Shown: in pieces, positions 1 to 14,009 of the stretch
Numbering within the stretch: the stretch's first letter is position 1
How the letters are laid out: each line of letters opens with the position of its first letter
Source of the DNA: Paragordius varius
Lineage: Eukaryota > Animalia > Nematomorpha
Reading direction: 5' to 3'
Length of the DNA: 64,000 nt
NCBI GenBank assembly: GCA_964247055.1
Contig: OZ176058.1
Coordinates: 2,542,001-2,606,000, forward strand
Notes under the pieces: model-generated
The model's database searches: none
The model's input: the letters and a program-made list of their open reading frames with translations, nothing else
Told to the model about the DNA's origin: nothing
Program-made: the position numbers and the translations under genes

Positions 1-123
1 GCCTCTTATTTAAGTTTAACTTATATATAAAGCTATGAATTTGGAAAAGCTCAGAATGGGGTGGGGTCTACTTTAAATATCTTATTAATGCTTAACACAA
101 TATTAAAAATCTATATTTTTTAG

Positions 124-2828
124 ATCAAATCAGCTCCTATGACACGTGCGTGGGATAGTAATGCCCAAACTTCGTATGGATACAGTGGGAATAATTGGTA
201 TACGTTTGATGATGCCGAAAGCCTTAAAAAGAAAGTAAGTCCACTAAGTTACTTATATTTGCAATCGTAAAAGGGGTAGTTATCAAGCTTTTATATGGTA
301 TTTTATCCCATTTTTCCTGAAACCAGATATATTCTAGGTTATCCGCGCTACTATATATATCATTTACACTTCGAATTCACCTTTGAACGTTTCATTCATC
401 CTCGAACATTAAGAATTTACCCTGAAGATAAATTACGTGTTTTTGGACTAATAATTTAAATAACTATTATTTGATCTTTCTTTATGGCATAGCATTAAAC
501 AAAGTTTTATTTTTTAAAATATCCAGTTAAAATACTAGGGTGAACTGATTAAGATTTGAGATGTTCAATGGTGTTAAAAGGTTTTGTTGTTTAAGAAATA
601 TAAGGTATGTTTTATACCTTAGCAAATAATTTAATTTGGTTTTCAAAAAATGAATATTCGTTGTAAAATAATATTAAATTTTTTCCATGTTTTAGGTTGA
701 TTATGCTTGCCCTACATACGGTGGTGCTATGATATGGGAGTTAAGTCAAAACAGAGATCAAAGTTTACTAAAAGCTGTATATGATGAGGTAATTTTTGTT
801 TAATCAAAAACTTATCTAAAAAAATATTGATTATATATAATTACAGACCATATTAGTATTATTTCATTACTTACAATTCAGCTTGATTAAGGATTTTTAT
901 GATATGTAGACCAGTGGTGCTCCTTAAATAATATAATAACTTTTTTGATGAACTTATGCTAAATATAAATATCTACAAATTTGCTATTATATGGCATGGC
1001 CTTTGGAAAAAATTGCGGCCTTCTTAATCTTTTTGGTTAGTCCAATGGAAATAGATTATGAATAGGTAGTCGATTCACCCTATTAAACTCATCTCATTTT
1101 TAATTCTTTGTTAACAGGTTAAGAGTCAATGTGGAATTGATTCTGGGAATGGCACAACAACCACCCAGGCGCCAGGTACCAGCACTTCTGGTAGTTCGAC
1201 AACAGCTGTTCCAACCGGAAGTACAACTTCTCGTTCGACAACAGCTGTTCCGACTGGAACTACCACTCATGCTAGTTCGACATCAGCTGTTCCAACACCT
1301 GGCCCTACAACAACCTCGGGCACAGGAGGGGGAGGTGATTGTCCCCAAACCCCAGCTGAGATCTGTAAAACTGGCAACAATTTAGGATATGCCAGCTATC
1401 CACCCGATTGCAAGTATTGTATTGTCTTTTTAGATTCTTTTATTGTTTATTACAATAAAAAAACGAAATTATTCAGACAAAACGGAAATCAAAGAAAGAC
1501 AATCTACCATACTTTTTGAACTTTATCTTTTCCTAAGTTATCAAATAATAATATATATATAATTGTTGTTACCAATCTACATCTCTATTTCATATTTTTC
1601 AGTTTAATACAATGAGTTTATGTTCAAAAAAATTACAGTGGTTTTTAGAAAGAAATAATTGTTTATATGTGATTACGTTCTGTCCTTACATTTTCAATTT
1701 TTACTGTATTTACTCCCCTCATTGTGCGAATGTTATATACTAATCTCAGCTTTCTCTCTATTAAAGTGTATGCATAGGCAATCTTGGGACTCCCGCATAT
1801 AAGTTAGGTATTAAACTGTATCCACCGCTTTTTTAGGCGGACCCTTTTGCTGGTACCATCGACCGGCCCAAAATAAATGTTTTTTCCCGAGTATAATATA
1901 TAAGAATGTGATATGTATGGAATGACTCTAGATTATCTGATCGTAAATCAAAAATTCGGATTTGATAAAGAGTTAAGAATATATGAGATAGGGAGTTGTA
2001 AGCTCTCCAGGAGATTCTTAATGATTTAGTTGATGCAGACTTTATCGATTAATTTACATATCCGTAGTTCAGACCCATAAATAGCAACGGGTTAAACCAC
2101 TTATATATAATGAATTAATGATAATTTGCCATATCATTATAGAAACTAGTGTAAAAAGCTGATAATCGAGTAAAGTAATAGCCCACACAATAATCTCGCA
2201 AAAAAATCATTTTCGATCTTAAACCATTGGATACTTGATCATAAGATATTGCATTTCGGCATCACGTTCTAACTATTATATTGATTATGAAATAAAAATT
2301 TTAGGTATCCGATTTGTGAAGCATTCGATATAACCCTAGCTCTTAGGGTCAGTATGTGCGTTGTCTTTGATTTTTAATAAGAAAATGAAAAAAACTCTAT
2401 TCAGTAAAACATTGTTAGTTTTCATTAATTGCCAGCCATAGAGCCTATTCAGCAAAATGAAATATAATTAATTTAAATATATTCTTCCCTTTTTTACCAT
2501 CGTAATAAATATATTCGTTGTATATTCTTTGGCAGCAAAATTGATAAAAAAACCATCATGTACACTTAAAGAGTGTATCTACAATACTAGTCCACGAATA
2601 CTACGGACAACGAACGGTTTTACATACATCATATAGTATTTTGTTAGTTTCATATCATTTTTTAGTTTATTTTCAATTAAAACTTTCTTTAATATTTATT
2701 TTAGCAAGTTTGTGTCGTGCGTAGCCTATGTGATTATGGATTGCCCTGCAGGCCTGGTGTGGAATCCGACGATTAATGCATGCGATTGGAGCACAAATTA
2801 TGCTTGTACATCCTGCAAAATAAATTAA
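124..2828 (+). CDS. GH18 chitinase paralog 1, 3' part (end of catalytic domain + S/T/P linker + CBM14-type domain); 5' exons lie outside the window
   Basis: Exons 124-234, 696-788, 1118-1413 and 2705-2828 have GT-AG boundaries and join in frame (624 nt, ending TAA). The translation includes WYTFDDAESL, GGAMIWELSQNRD, a (STTAVPTG)-repeat linker and C-x7-C-x14-C-x5-C-x7-C-x12-C-x7-C-x2-C. Exon structure matches paralogs 2 and 3. Confidence 0.93.
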
Positions 2829-4859
2829 ATAAAAATTATTGGGATAAATTTTAACCAAATTAATTTTAGCATAGCTTAAATTTGTAAACCGCTAAAACAT
2901 ATTCTAATTTTTTTATGTAAATACAGTCATATCTTTTTGTTTATAAAAAAATATTTTCTTTCGTTAAATGGGTATTGGTAAAGAATTGAAAAAAAAACAA
3001 GTGCTCTATGGTATTAACAATATCTATTCAAAAGAATATAGGAATTACCATAGAACTCTTGTTTTTTCAATTAATTACCAAATATTTATACCCAAACGAA
3101 AAAAAATAAATTTTCGATAAAATAAAGTATACATGACTGTAATATATATTCAATTATACAGACATAACGTAAAAACATACAAACAATGTTTTTTTAACCA
3201 TACGTTTCTTATACCTTAAATTACCTTATATAAATAATCTAATCCCAGTGAAGTTAAAAAATATGATTGCCTATTAAAAAAATATTTGTTTCTAAAGTTT
3301 TTCATTTTGTTTGTATAATTTCTAATTTTAGCGTATAATGCCTTAAATTTATTATAATTTTATGTGTAAATAATACATTCCTAATTATAGATTCGTGTAG
3401 TATTTAACCAAAAACGTATCTGCAAATAAATGTTTAGCAAAATTACTTCTACTATAATGTATGTATGATGTATTGGAAATTAACCTTTAAATATACCCGT
3501 TTGTCACTTTAAATGTTGTGTTTTAAAGTTAATTATACCTTGGAAAAAGCGATAAATCGACAACCATCTATCCTATAATAATAAGAATTAGTTGAATAAT
3601 TTAAAGACTCGCGGCCCTATATTCAGAAAAAAATATTTTATCCAATTGTACCATAACAAATAAAGAGTACTCTCTTAAATCAATTAACCTAGTATTTTAA
3701 TTTTCAATTCAACTGCTAGTAACTGATCCTTTCCGGTTATATATTTGAGTCCATTAAGCTTAATAGAGTTTAATATTGATATACTAAAATTAAAATATTA
3801 TTGATTTCCCTTTTTTAATAAAGCGAATTTATAGAAAATACCTAAGAGTCCGTGTCTATCTATCGTTACAAATTTGGAATCACTTTTTTTACGTTTTAAA
3901 TTCAGATATTTAAAGAGAGTAGATGCTATTCAATTAAAAATAAGGGGGCCAAGCGCCAAAGTAAGCATGAAAATTAAGCAAATGTTTTCAGTATTTTGAC
4001 TATTTTTTAGATTAAATGCAAAACGTTTAAAGTTTGATTTATTGATTTTAAAAAAACCGTGATACTCCGACACACAATATATATATATATATATATATCA
4101 GTATTAAAATTATTAATTGTAAACTATATCACGTATTAAATATATCACAATACAGTAAAAAGTAAATTAAACATGATTTCAGACTTCTGAGCATCTTTGA
4201 TTTGCTTTGGGTTGTAGTTGATTGTGGTTTAATTTCATATTTTTGTTTGTTATTTAAAGAAAGACTTAATTAGATGGGAACTCATACCCAGGGCCAACGC
4301 GGTGAGAGAAAAGTTTCGGGTTTCGAACTATGGCACATCACATATAAAATGTAGGGTGGGACCCCACATCCATCACCCCCTATGATTTTATTATGCAGAT
4401 AGTTTGGAAAAATTTCGTCTGCACATTTTTCTATTGGCATGATTGAGGGATACACCTAATGCCCTTTTTCTCACATTTGTGCTGCTTATACTTGTGGGCA
4501 CTTATTAAACACTTTATTACCTTTTCATTTTTTACCCCAGTTTACCTTTTGGGATAGTTTTATATGCCAGATTTTGTAAAAACTAGTTTTGAAAGTTATT
4601 TTAATAAAAAATTATCAAACATTGTCGCATGTATTAAAGCTTATATTATTTACAATGTGACTTCTAGAGTTTGAAATCAAAACAGCTACAAAACACGGTT
4701 GAAACGAACAATTTACAAAAATTTTGCAAATAAAATTTTTTAAAGTTAATCATTTACATTTCTAACATAATATACATTTATTTGCCGGTTGCATTAGCGA
4801 TTAAAAAATTTTATAGAAAGACGACAAAAATAGTAAGGGATGAGGATTTTTTTATATTT

Positions 4860-5430
4860 TATAAAAAACTAGCGTAAATTTAGCCCCAAAAGCACGCTGT
4901 TTTGATATGACTGGTCAGTTTATCGCGGGTAGCTCTTTGCTCAGCAGCTATCATCAAAGAAACGCTTGACTAAAACTTTTGCCTTTTAACAGGGAATATG
5001 TTGAGTTCGTAATGAATTTTTACGGTCTCATACCTTTGGCGAAAAATAGATTCAAAAAATTATTTTTGTGGACTTTGTTTTTTGAAAATAAGGCATTTTA
5101 CGGGGGAGCGGGTAAAAAGAGGGCCTAAATTAAAAAATCGAGACGACTATGTTCAGCGCAATCAAAAATAAGTAAACAAAAATCATACTTGAAATTGAAT
5201 GGTCCAACACGTTCTCCGGAAAATTGTCTCAGAGACACGATTTTTGTGGACCTCTGTTTTCAAACGTTATTTGGGGGCCTATTTCAAAAAAAGGGCGAAG
5301 CTATTGTCGGGGCATTCATTAATGATTATATTTTTTCGATATTTGGATTTGTATGGGTCCACCGGTTTCCGGAATTAGATCACAAAGCCAGCATTTTCCA
5401 TTTTTATAAATATATAGATTATGTATAATG
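4860..5430. repeat. Inverted dispersed copy of the hAT-internal sequence at ~15115-15680
   Basis: Reverse-complement similarity is visible in the DNA and in the homologous ORF pair 5189-5428 (+) and 15132-15374 (-). Confidence 0.8.
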
Positions 5431-6254
5431 CGCCCAAAACACTAAACTAAGCATATTTTTAAATTCGGCGATTAATGGCCTAATTTTTAAGATATTAAAT
5501 TTCAAATCGCTCTGGGGTATAAACTACCCCAAAATTGTTAATTAAATTAGTTTTATATTACCATTAAGTATTTTACAATCAACCCAATAAATTTTTCTTT
5601 CCCATTTTTGATGAGTTGAGACAGTTAAGTCAGTTGGTCCTCCTGCAAAACTCTTGTAGTTAAGCGTCTTGGCAAATGTGTCTACCTGGTCGCTCTCATA
5701 TTTTACGTGAAATCACAATTTTACAGTAAAAATTGAAATTATACGGACAAAGTGTAAAAATATAAAGACAATATTTTTTTTTCATGAGACAACCATACTT
5801 TTTGATTTATCCTATAAAAAACATTTAATTTATTATCGTAAAATACATTATTTATTGTGTTACCAATTTACATTACTATATTATAATTTGCAGTTTAAAA
5901 CAATCAGTTATATTTAGAAAAATCAAGATTAAAAAAGTATGATTGTCTTTTAGAAAGTAATATTTGTCTTTATATTTTTACGTTTTGTCTGGATAATTTC
6001 AAAACCATTATTTACATGTGTTAATCGATAAAACATGTTCACAAAAATTTTTTTGAGCAAACGATAACTTTCAAGTGTATTTATCATGGCAATCCGTGAA
6101 ATTTTGTTTTAGCACAAAATTCGACAAAACAATTGAATAATAAAAATAAGGCACTTGTTTCTGGCGAACATTATGAATCTTTGTATTTTTAGTAGAATGA
6201 ACAAATGGTGTTTCTATCAAATTTACCTTTTTTTCTGACGTCTTTAGTTTATAT

Positions 6255-8108
6255 CAGAGTGATACTCAAACCGCGGCCCGCGGGCTGCACGCGGCCCTAA
6301 GAGTGCTTTAAAATTGCCCTATGACCAAATTGATACATTTATTATATTTTAATAAATTTTTAAAATACACATAAGCGAATTTTCGCGTATTTTAATATTA
6401 ATTTATTTTCTTTAAATAATTTTTATTTTTTACCCAATTTGAAAAGTAGAAAAATTTCCTACATTAAAATGATTTCAAAATTTTGGCACACGTTGTTTCT
6501 GTTTCTGTATTTTATTTTATTTTCTATTTTAAAATTTTTATTGCATTCCTTTTTTGTAAACCAAGCCTTTCACCCAAACTTGCATATTCTTTTCATTGCT
6601 ATCTTACATCATTTTCTGATACTCATTTCCATAAAATATTTATCAAATCAACATCATTAAATTTCGTCCTGTTTTTTATAGCATATTCAAATTATATTCC
6701 TATTTTTTTGAAAAAATTTAAAAATTTACATAATATTTAAACATAAATTAAAAGGATGACATCTAATGCTAAAAAACGTAAATTATCCGATAAAAATCGC
6801 TCCTTTAAAAAATAATAGGGCGAAAGATTTTTTTCGATTTTAAAAAATGTTGTTACCTGCCTTATATGTAAAGACCAGATAATTATAAAAAATACAATAT
6901 GGAAAGATACCACAATGTGCGCTCTTCATGAGATTTTGGAACGACAACATAATCAACGAGTATTTTTTTTTCCAATGAATAATACCACGAAAAGAAGTAA
7001 TTACCTAGAAATAATTAGCATTTTTTTCGATAATAATGGCATATCTATGGAAAAATTGGTTTTGTGCACAGATGGGTCTCCCTCTATCATTGGAATAAAC
7101 AAAGGATTTATTCCCCTTTTGAAAAACAAATATAATTTGCAAAATATTTATCCTTTTACTGCTTTATTCATCAGCAACTTGGTTTCGCGTATTAAAGATG
7201 AATCACTCAATTCAGTAATAAAAACGTTTGTGGATATAGTTAACCACATCCGTGGTAAAGAATTCAACGGCCGTAAATTCAAAAACCTTCTGAAAGATAT
7301 CCACAGTGAATTTGACCATATCTGTACACCGCTGTGCGATGGCTTAGCCTTACCAAAGTATTAAATAGATTTTTTATTTTAAGGCATAAAATTCTATTAT
7401 TTATAAATGATAACAGAAGGTTTGACGAGGAAAACAGTGACAAACAGTGGGTTTTATTAGCCTACCTTTGCGACATTACCGCGGAGGTTATCATCTAACA
7501 TTTTTATCTAATGAGATGAAATTCAGAATTAGGATATATTAAAAATTTCTTAAAACTCGTTGAAAATCCATGGCATATGGATGTATTCAATATTAAGCAA
7601 CTTGAGCATTTCGGTTTTGACAGGCGCATATCATTGAAGATTTCGTAGATCTTTAAAATGATTTCAGGAGGCTATATTAGGAGAATCGTGGGGAAGAAAG
7701 ATATGTAGAGTTTTGGCAAGATTAGCCAAATACTGTTTTTCCTTCAACTTACACGTGTGAGGCGGCATATTCAAAAATGAAGTATGTTAAGAATACATAC
7801 AGAAATCGCTTAACCGATGATCTTATGGACGACGTATTAAGATTGGTCTGTCATGAGGCGAAACTTGTCAAAAATTATTGGTTAATATCAAAATAAATAT
7901 TAACGAAATATGTTAATTTTTTAAATGGTGCAAAAAACGTGTTTTTAGCTGGATTTACATGCGATCCGCAATTCATTGTGCTGATTTTATGTATAAATAT
8001 GTGTATATGTTAAAATAGCTATGAAATATTTGCCATTATTAGGTTCATGGCCCTCGAAAAAATAATTTATTTTATTTGGCCCGTCAAATTTTTTGGTGAG
8101 TACCACTG
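6255..8108 (+). mobile_element. hAT (Charlie/SPIN-like) DNA transposon, degenerate and internally deleted
   Basis: Ends are CAGAGTGATACTC and GAGTACCACTG, with subterminal GCGGCCC motifs. The 8-bp TSD is gtttatat/gtatatat (7/8 match). Transposase remnants lie inside. Confidence 0.85.
6756..7895 (+). pseudogene. hAT transposase pseudogene (GTF2IRD2/Buster-like)
   Basis: Fragments MTSNAKKRK..., CLIC, LCTDGSPSIIG..KGF..LL (ORF 6915-7364) and the C-terminal STYTCEAAYSKMKYVKNTYRNRLTD dimerisation motif; multiple stops and frameshifts. Confidence 0.85.
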
Positions 8109-9024
8109 GTATATATATTGTAAAAACGGACAAAACGTATAAATTTAAAGACGAATATTTTTATTTAAAAGACGAACACTTTTTATACCTTAATTTTACC
8201 TGTATAACTTTTATTAAATTACTATTGTAAAATATAGAATTGGTTGTGTTAGTTATATATATCTTTTCGTACTTTACCATTTTTAACAATGAGTATCATT
8301 GTAAAAATCAGTATAATTTTCATTATCTTTAAGAAAAATTTTTTGTCTTTATAATTTTACGTTTTGTCCGTATAATTTCAGTTTTTACTGTAAATTTTAG
8401 GTCGTTGCCTTCTCCCCCCAAAAATATTTGTTATAATATACGATGTGCGCTAATCTTGCGACTTTTCGATACTTTACACAAATGGCCACTTTGGAATTGT
8501 ATATATATACACATTATTTATTCCTTTTAAATGAACAATATACACTGCTTTCGAAGGTAAAAATAATCCTGGGTTTTTTAATGTGAAACATTTTACACTC
8601 TTTAGATTCTGACTCTTAAGAGTGTTTTTTATGGAAGTTATTTATATAATAACTTCTCTATATCAGATAATCGCAAAATTTGCGCACATTTTGTTATATA
8701 TAATTTTTTTAGCGAGAGCTAAAAGTTATATTTCAAAATATATCAGATAGATATATCATTACTTATAAAAAGCACAACAACAATTTTGTAAAATAATAAT
8801 TTTTATGTTGGGCGCTAAAAGTGCCAAAATGTTATAATTCTGAAATGAGCTTAATGTTCAGCATCATCGATATATTGAAAAAGAATTTTTACAATATTTT
8901 AAAGCGCTTTTAAACCGTTCTACAAGGCCTCAAAATAATATAATGCTTCAACATTTGCAAATTAAATTTTTGAAAAAAGTAGCATTATTTGAAAATATTT
9001 TTAGTTGATATCAAAATTTAGCAT

Positions 9025-9258
9025 TGTTAAAGTGGTAACTGACAGGCTAATTTGAATGAATCTTATATTATTTTATTAGATTAACCGCACAAACAACATT
9101 CATAATATATTAATAGATTAACCTCGTAACTTATGTTTGTAGTATTATTACATTATTAGATTATACTCACCATCACGTTTTACTATTGTTATTATACTTT
9201 AAATAAAGTGTAGAAAGGCAAGCAATTTACCTTGATATTTGTGAATACATTTACTCAT

Positions 9259-9291
<33 letters not shown>

Positions 9292-12200
9292 GATCATTAT
9301 ATAACAAGGAACATATACAATAAATTAATCCTTTTTTACCGTATCTGATGTTACTTGTCGTCCCATCTAAAATTGGAAGCTAAGACGCAAAGACAAACGA
9401 ACCAATAAATATAGCAGCTCCTCACGCTAGCATTGCCAATCTATCCATAGAAAAATACAATGATAAAAATGAATTCGAAGATTACCTCGAGTATATTAGC
9501 AACATACTTGAGGCAAAGGATATTCCGGTAACCGAAAAAACGCTTAAAACAACTATTCTAGCATATGGCGGATTCATAATTGTGATTAAGGATAACCAAC
9601 GCCTATATCTTGAGAATATAAAAGCCGCTAAGTGGGCTAAAATTACGGAAACGGGAAAAAATATTCAACCCGACGAAATCGAAATTCCAAAGCCGGTTTG
9701 ATTTTTTTAGGCTGGTATGAAACGATGGTGAATGTTCCACGCAATTCCTTGTAAGTGTCAAGATAGGCGCAGAGGAAGCCTAATTCACTGAAGCCATAGA
9801 ACAGCGTATACGTGATGCGTTCGTAATAGGACTGCGACAACCTCGACTAGAGATGGATATCCATTCCAGGTACCCAGATGCTTTGATAAACGGTATTCCT
9901 GTCCCATTAAAAACAATCGTGGATCTCGCACTAGCACATGAGGCTGCTAGAGCTGGATCACAGAATAACAATAATAGTAATAACAATAGCAATCGATATA
10001 GTAACAGCAATAATAATATCAATCGGTTACAACATAATAAATCCACCCAGCAAACAATAATACATCTACTGCTTGTAAACATTGCGGCACCACACACCCA
10101 CCCAACAAGTGTCCAGCCTGGAGACGATCCTGCAACAAATGCGGAAAGCTGAATTGTTAGGATGTGGCTAGCCAAGACAACGACCTAACTTCAATAGGCA
10201 ACTATTGAAGGATGTCAATGTAGGGCAAAATGCTCAAACATCTTAACTGATAACATTAATAATAAACGGTTTGAAAAAAGACTTCATCTATGATACCGGT
10301 TCTAATATCAGTGTAATGAACTTTAAAACTTGGGAACTAATAGGTAAACCAAACTACGACACCGTTAGTGAAATCATACAACAACACGAGAGTGCCAATG
10401 ATGTGGATAGCAAGCGTCAGCGTCCAGGTAAAAGGCAAACAAATGATCGGGGACATATGTGCCCTGAGCTAAACGATGGGGATGACACCACTGATCTGTG
10501 GACTGGACTGGATATCTAAGTTCCAGATTGAGATGCCACAGGTTAAAATTAATTATCTTAACTAAATGGGATTTGAGAAAATTTTAAAAACTTATTCGAA
10601 AATAAGTTAGGGTGTTATAAAGACCCTATAAAAATTCGCATTGCAGCGAATGCGATCCCGAAAGTATAGCCATGTCGCAGGGTGCTTTTTCCATTATGAG
10701 AAAAGGTGGAGAGAGAGGTGACGAGGCTAGAAAAGTTAGGCATCTTAGAACCGGTTGATCCTAACATACACCTGTTACATGGGCCACGCCTACGGTTAAT
10801 GTACTTAAACCGAATGGCGAATTAAGAATATGCAGTGATTTTCGGGTAACGATTAATAAGTGGTTGCAAGAAGACTCTCACATAATCCCCACGTTTTATG
10901 AGTTGGTGTCGAAAATAGGCGAAGGTCTCACATTCACAAAAATTGATTTTGTCAAGATTTGTAAACTATATCAACACATTAAGGTTTTTTTAGATACAAA
11001 CGCATGCCGTTTAGACTGGCCACCGCACCCATCATCTTTCAACGGGTGATGGAACAGGTGCTGGCTGAAAGCCCGGGAACTTGCGTATATTTAGATGACG
11101 TTCTAGTGACTGGTAGGACGGAAAATGAGCACGTTAATAAAATTAAATAACGTATTAAGTCGTCTCGATAAGGCCGAATCTAAATTAAGACAAGATAAAA
11201 TAATGATAGGTGCAGAATCAGTAAACTATTTAGGGTTTGAAATATCGAAAAAGAGTATAAGTCCATGTAAAAGAAAAATCTAGGCAATTAAGGAACCATA
11301 AAGGCCGGTAGATAAAAAGTCATTACGTAGTTTTTTAGGTTTTTCGACCTTTCATGTACGCTTTATACCAAAATTACAAATGATAGTCGGTCCCTTACAT
11401 GATTTAACTAGTAAACGAGATGTTGGACCGAGAAACATGAGAAAAGCTGGTTAGCAGCTAAAAATTTGTTAAGCGAAAAAGTTTTTTTAACACCATATAA
11501 TCCGAATAGGAAATTAATAATAGAAACTGATGCGTCAGATTTAGGATTTGGTATTTTAAGTCTTGAGATTAATAGTGAAAGAATACCGATAGCCTATGCC
11601 TCACAAAAGGGTAGCAACGCCGAAAGGCATTATTCCACTATCGAGAAGGAATAAGAAAGATTCATAGTTTTGTATATGGTAGAGTTAACCGCAGCGATTA
11701 TAATCCATAAAGTAGAAGAAACGTTGCAAGGTTTGGCTTTGCAAGAGAGATCGTTAGCGATAACTCTTCGTATTTTAGCAAAAAGTACTTCACGTCTACC
11801 TTAAGTACATTAGGGGTGAAACATATTAAGGCTAACCCCTACCATCCTAAGAGTAATGGGAGGGTAGAAAGGTTAGTAGTTATAATGAAAAATAAATACA
11901 AAAGAATAAAATATAATGCAATATCCACCCACGAAGCGTTTTACACTAGCCTATGGGGGTATAGAAACTCTATACACTCGACAACTAAAGAAACCCCGGC
12001 CCAATTAATGTTCAAGCGAACACCCCATACCCCCTTAACCTGTAGGGCTTGTTAGATGCACCGGCACCCCGACGTCAGTTTGCCATTAATGACCCAGTAA
12101 TGATTAAAAATGAATTAAGTCCAGGGTAGCGCGCCGGTGAGATCATGGACCGTACAGGGTTATTTTCATACAAGGTATGGGACAAAGACCGGGAGAAATT

Positions 12201-12731
12201 CGTGAGGATACACGCCGATCAAATAGTACACCAACCACAACAACAAACTACCACTTTCAGCAACACAAATGATGAGGACGTAACCACGGTCAAAGATGAT
12301 GTAACGATTGCCAAACCTCAACCAAACAGCTCGATCAATCCAAGTGACGAAACCGAGCCGATTATCCCGAGAGCCGCAAGTCGAAATAATAATACCCAGG
12401 AACCTGCGACAACCAGCTCCCCCACAAAAATACAGGAACGACGGTACCCGACAAGAAGTCGTCAGAAACCCGCCCACTTTCGTTAGAAGGGGGTAGTGAT
12501 GTTATAGTGGTACCTGACAGGCTAATTTGAATGAACCTTATATTATACTATTAGATTAACCGTACAAACAACATTCGTTATATAATATTAACCTCGTAAC
12601 TTCTGCTTGTAGTATTATTATATTATTAGAATATAGTCACCACCATGTTTTACTATTATTAATATACTTTTAATAAATTGTAGAAAGGCAAACAATTTAC
12701 CTTGATATTTGTGAATACATTTATACCTGAT

Positions 12732-12767
<36 letters not shown>

Positions 12768-12840
12768 ATCTAACAACCAACATATACAATAAATTAATCC
12801 TTTTTTTCATGTATTTTGTTACTTGTGGTCCCATCTAAAA
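9025..12840 (+). mobile_element. Ty3/Gypsy (Mag-like) LTR retrotransposon, copy A, degenerate
   Basis: LTRs 9025-9372 and 12500-12840; 5-bp TSD AGCAT (9020-9024, 12841-12845); PBS at 9374; PPT agaagggggtagtga before the 3' LTR. Coding remnants are gag with a double zinc knuckle, protease DTG, RT YLDD, RNase H and a partial integrase, in PR-RT-RH-IN order. The integrase N-terminus is deleted near 11680. Confidence 0.93.
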
Positions 12841-13375
12841 AGCATATATTTAAAATTATCGCGCAAGCTCTGCATTTTTGCTGTTTATTAAAGAAAACAA
12901 GCTAGAGCAAAAAATTGAGACTTTCGGGGCCCAATTAATATTTTATAATTTTGTTGTACTTTTATATGTAGTTTGAGAATCTTAGCGATATATTTGGAAA
13001 AGAGAATTTAGCCCTTCACCAAAATATTTTTTCTGAAATTGGCACAAATTGATTTTCTGATATGGAGCAGTTACTGAAGTGGGAATAACTTTCTAAAACA
13101 TATAGAAGAGACAAAACATAAAAGCATTATAATCCTGATACATTATTCAATTAGTATGTTTTTTATCTTGCAATTTTGGAAGCATTGTATATTATAAAAG
13201 TTAGTCGTATTGTAGTCGATATATTTTTAGTGCTCTGAAACGACAAAATATATCATTTATATAAAAATTCAAAAAGAACTTTGGTAAAGTATCGTATATT
13301 CGCAAAGCCACATATCATATAATAACAAGTAAATTTTGAAAGAAAAGGCAACGACCTAACATTGAATTATATATA

Positions 13376-14009
13376 TCAGCTGTAGTTTACCGGGTTAACT
13401 AAGAGGGAAAACTAAATTTGATGCGGAACCACATTTCTTGTCTAACACAAATTTACAAAGATTTGCCTTATTTTAACTTCAGTAAAAAAATTTTTATTTA
13501 GCTTGAAAAAGCTTTGCGGGGCCATCAGAAAAGGACTAAATAATTTTATTTGCTGTCGTCATAAAAATATGGTAAACATGCTTTATTGACATGGTTTCGA
13601 AATATTAAAAATATTTCATGTATGTGGCTCTCTGGTAAACCACGTAATTGTAAAGACGCTAAAAGGTGGGAAGCACCAATAAATCGGTAAATTCCCACAT
13701 TTCAATTTGAAAATCGCAATACTAGTAAAATCCTTAACAAAAGCATATCTTTATTCATCGAATTGGGAAGGATGTTGAGAAATGGATTTATTATGTTTAA
13801 AACTGAATTACTGTGATTTTCAGTCAAGTCGGTCCATTAACACCTGGACCAAATCGCTTTGGCAGGCAGATCATGTTGTGTGTTTGGTGGGATAGAGCGG
13901 TATCGTACATTTAATTTTAAAAGCGTGACCATTTATCTGCAACATTATCACCAGCAAATGATTAATTCGAATCAAGCATTAATAGAAAAGGACCGGAATC
14001 TGCCAGAAA
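13376..14009 (+). mobile_element. Mariner (mauritiana/Mos1-like) transposase remnant, truncated at the duplication junction
   Basis: TA followed by a TCAGCTGTA.. TIR-like start. Fragments read (H)RI..D.EKWIYY, PNRFGRQIMLCVWWD and YHQQMINSNQALIEK. Sequence stops abruptly at ~14009. Confidence 0.8.

Noticed and set aside
1131-1385. Track ORFs 1131-1385, 38582-39013, 38611-38946 and 51806-52060 as separate genes
   Set aside because: They are alternative-frame or antisense readings of the GC-richer chitinase linker exons.
9296-9306. TATAACA as the true canonical LTR end
   Set aside because: Homology between paired LTRs continues ~65 nt beyond it, and both the TSD and the PBS lie at the farther boundary.
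12145-12486. S/T/P-rich ORF before the 3' LTR as an env gene
   Set aside because: It has no signal peptide or transmembrane segment. It is the disordered integrase tail ending RRYPTRSRQKPAHFR, as is usual for Mag-like elements.
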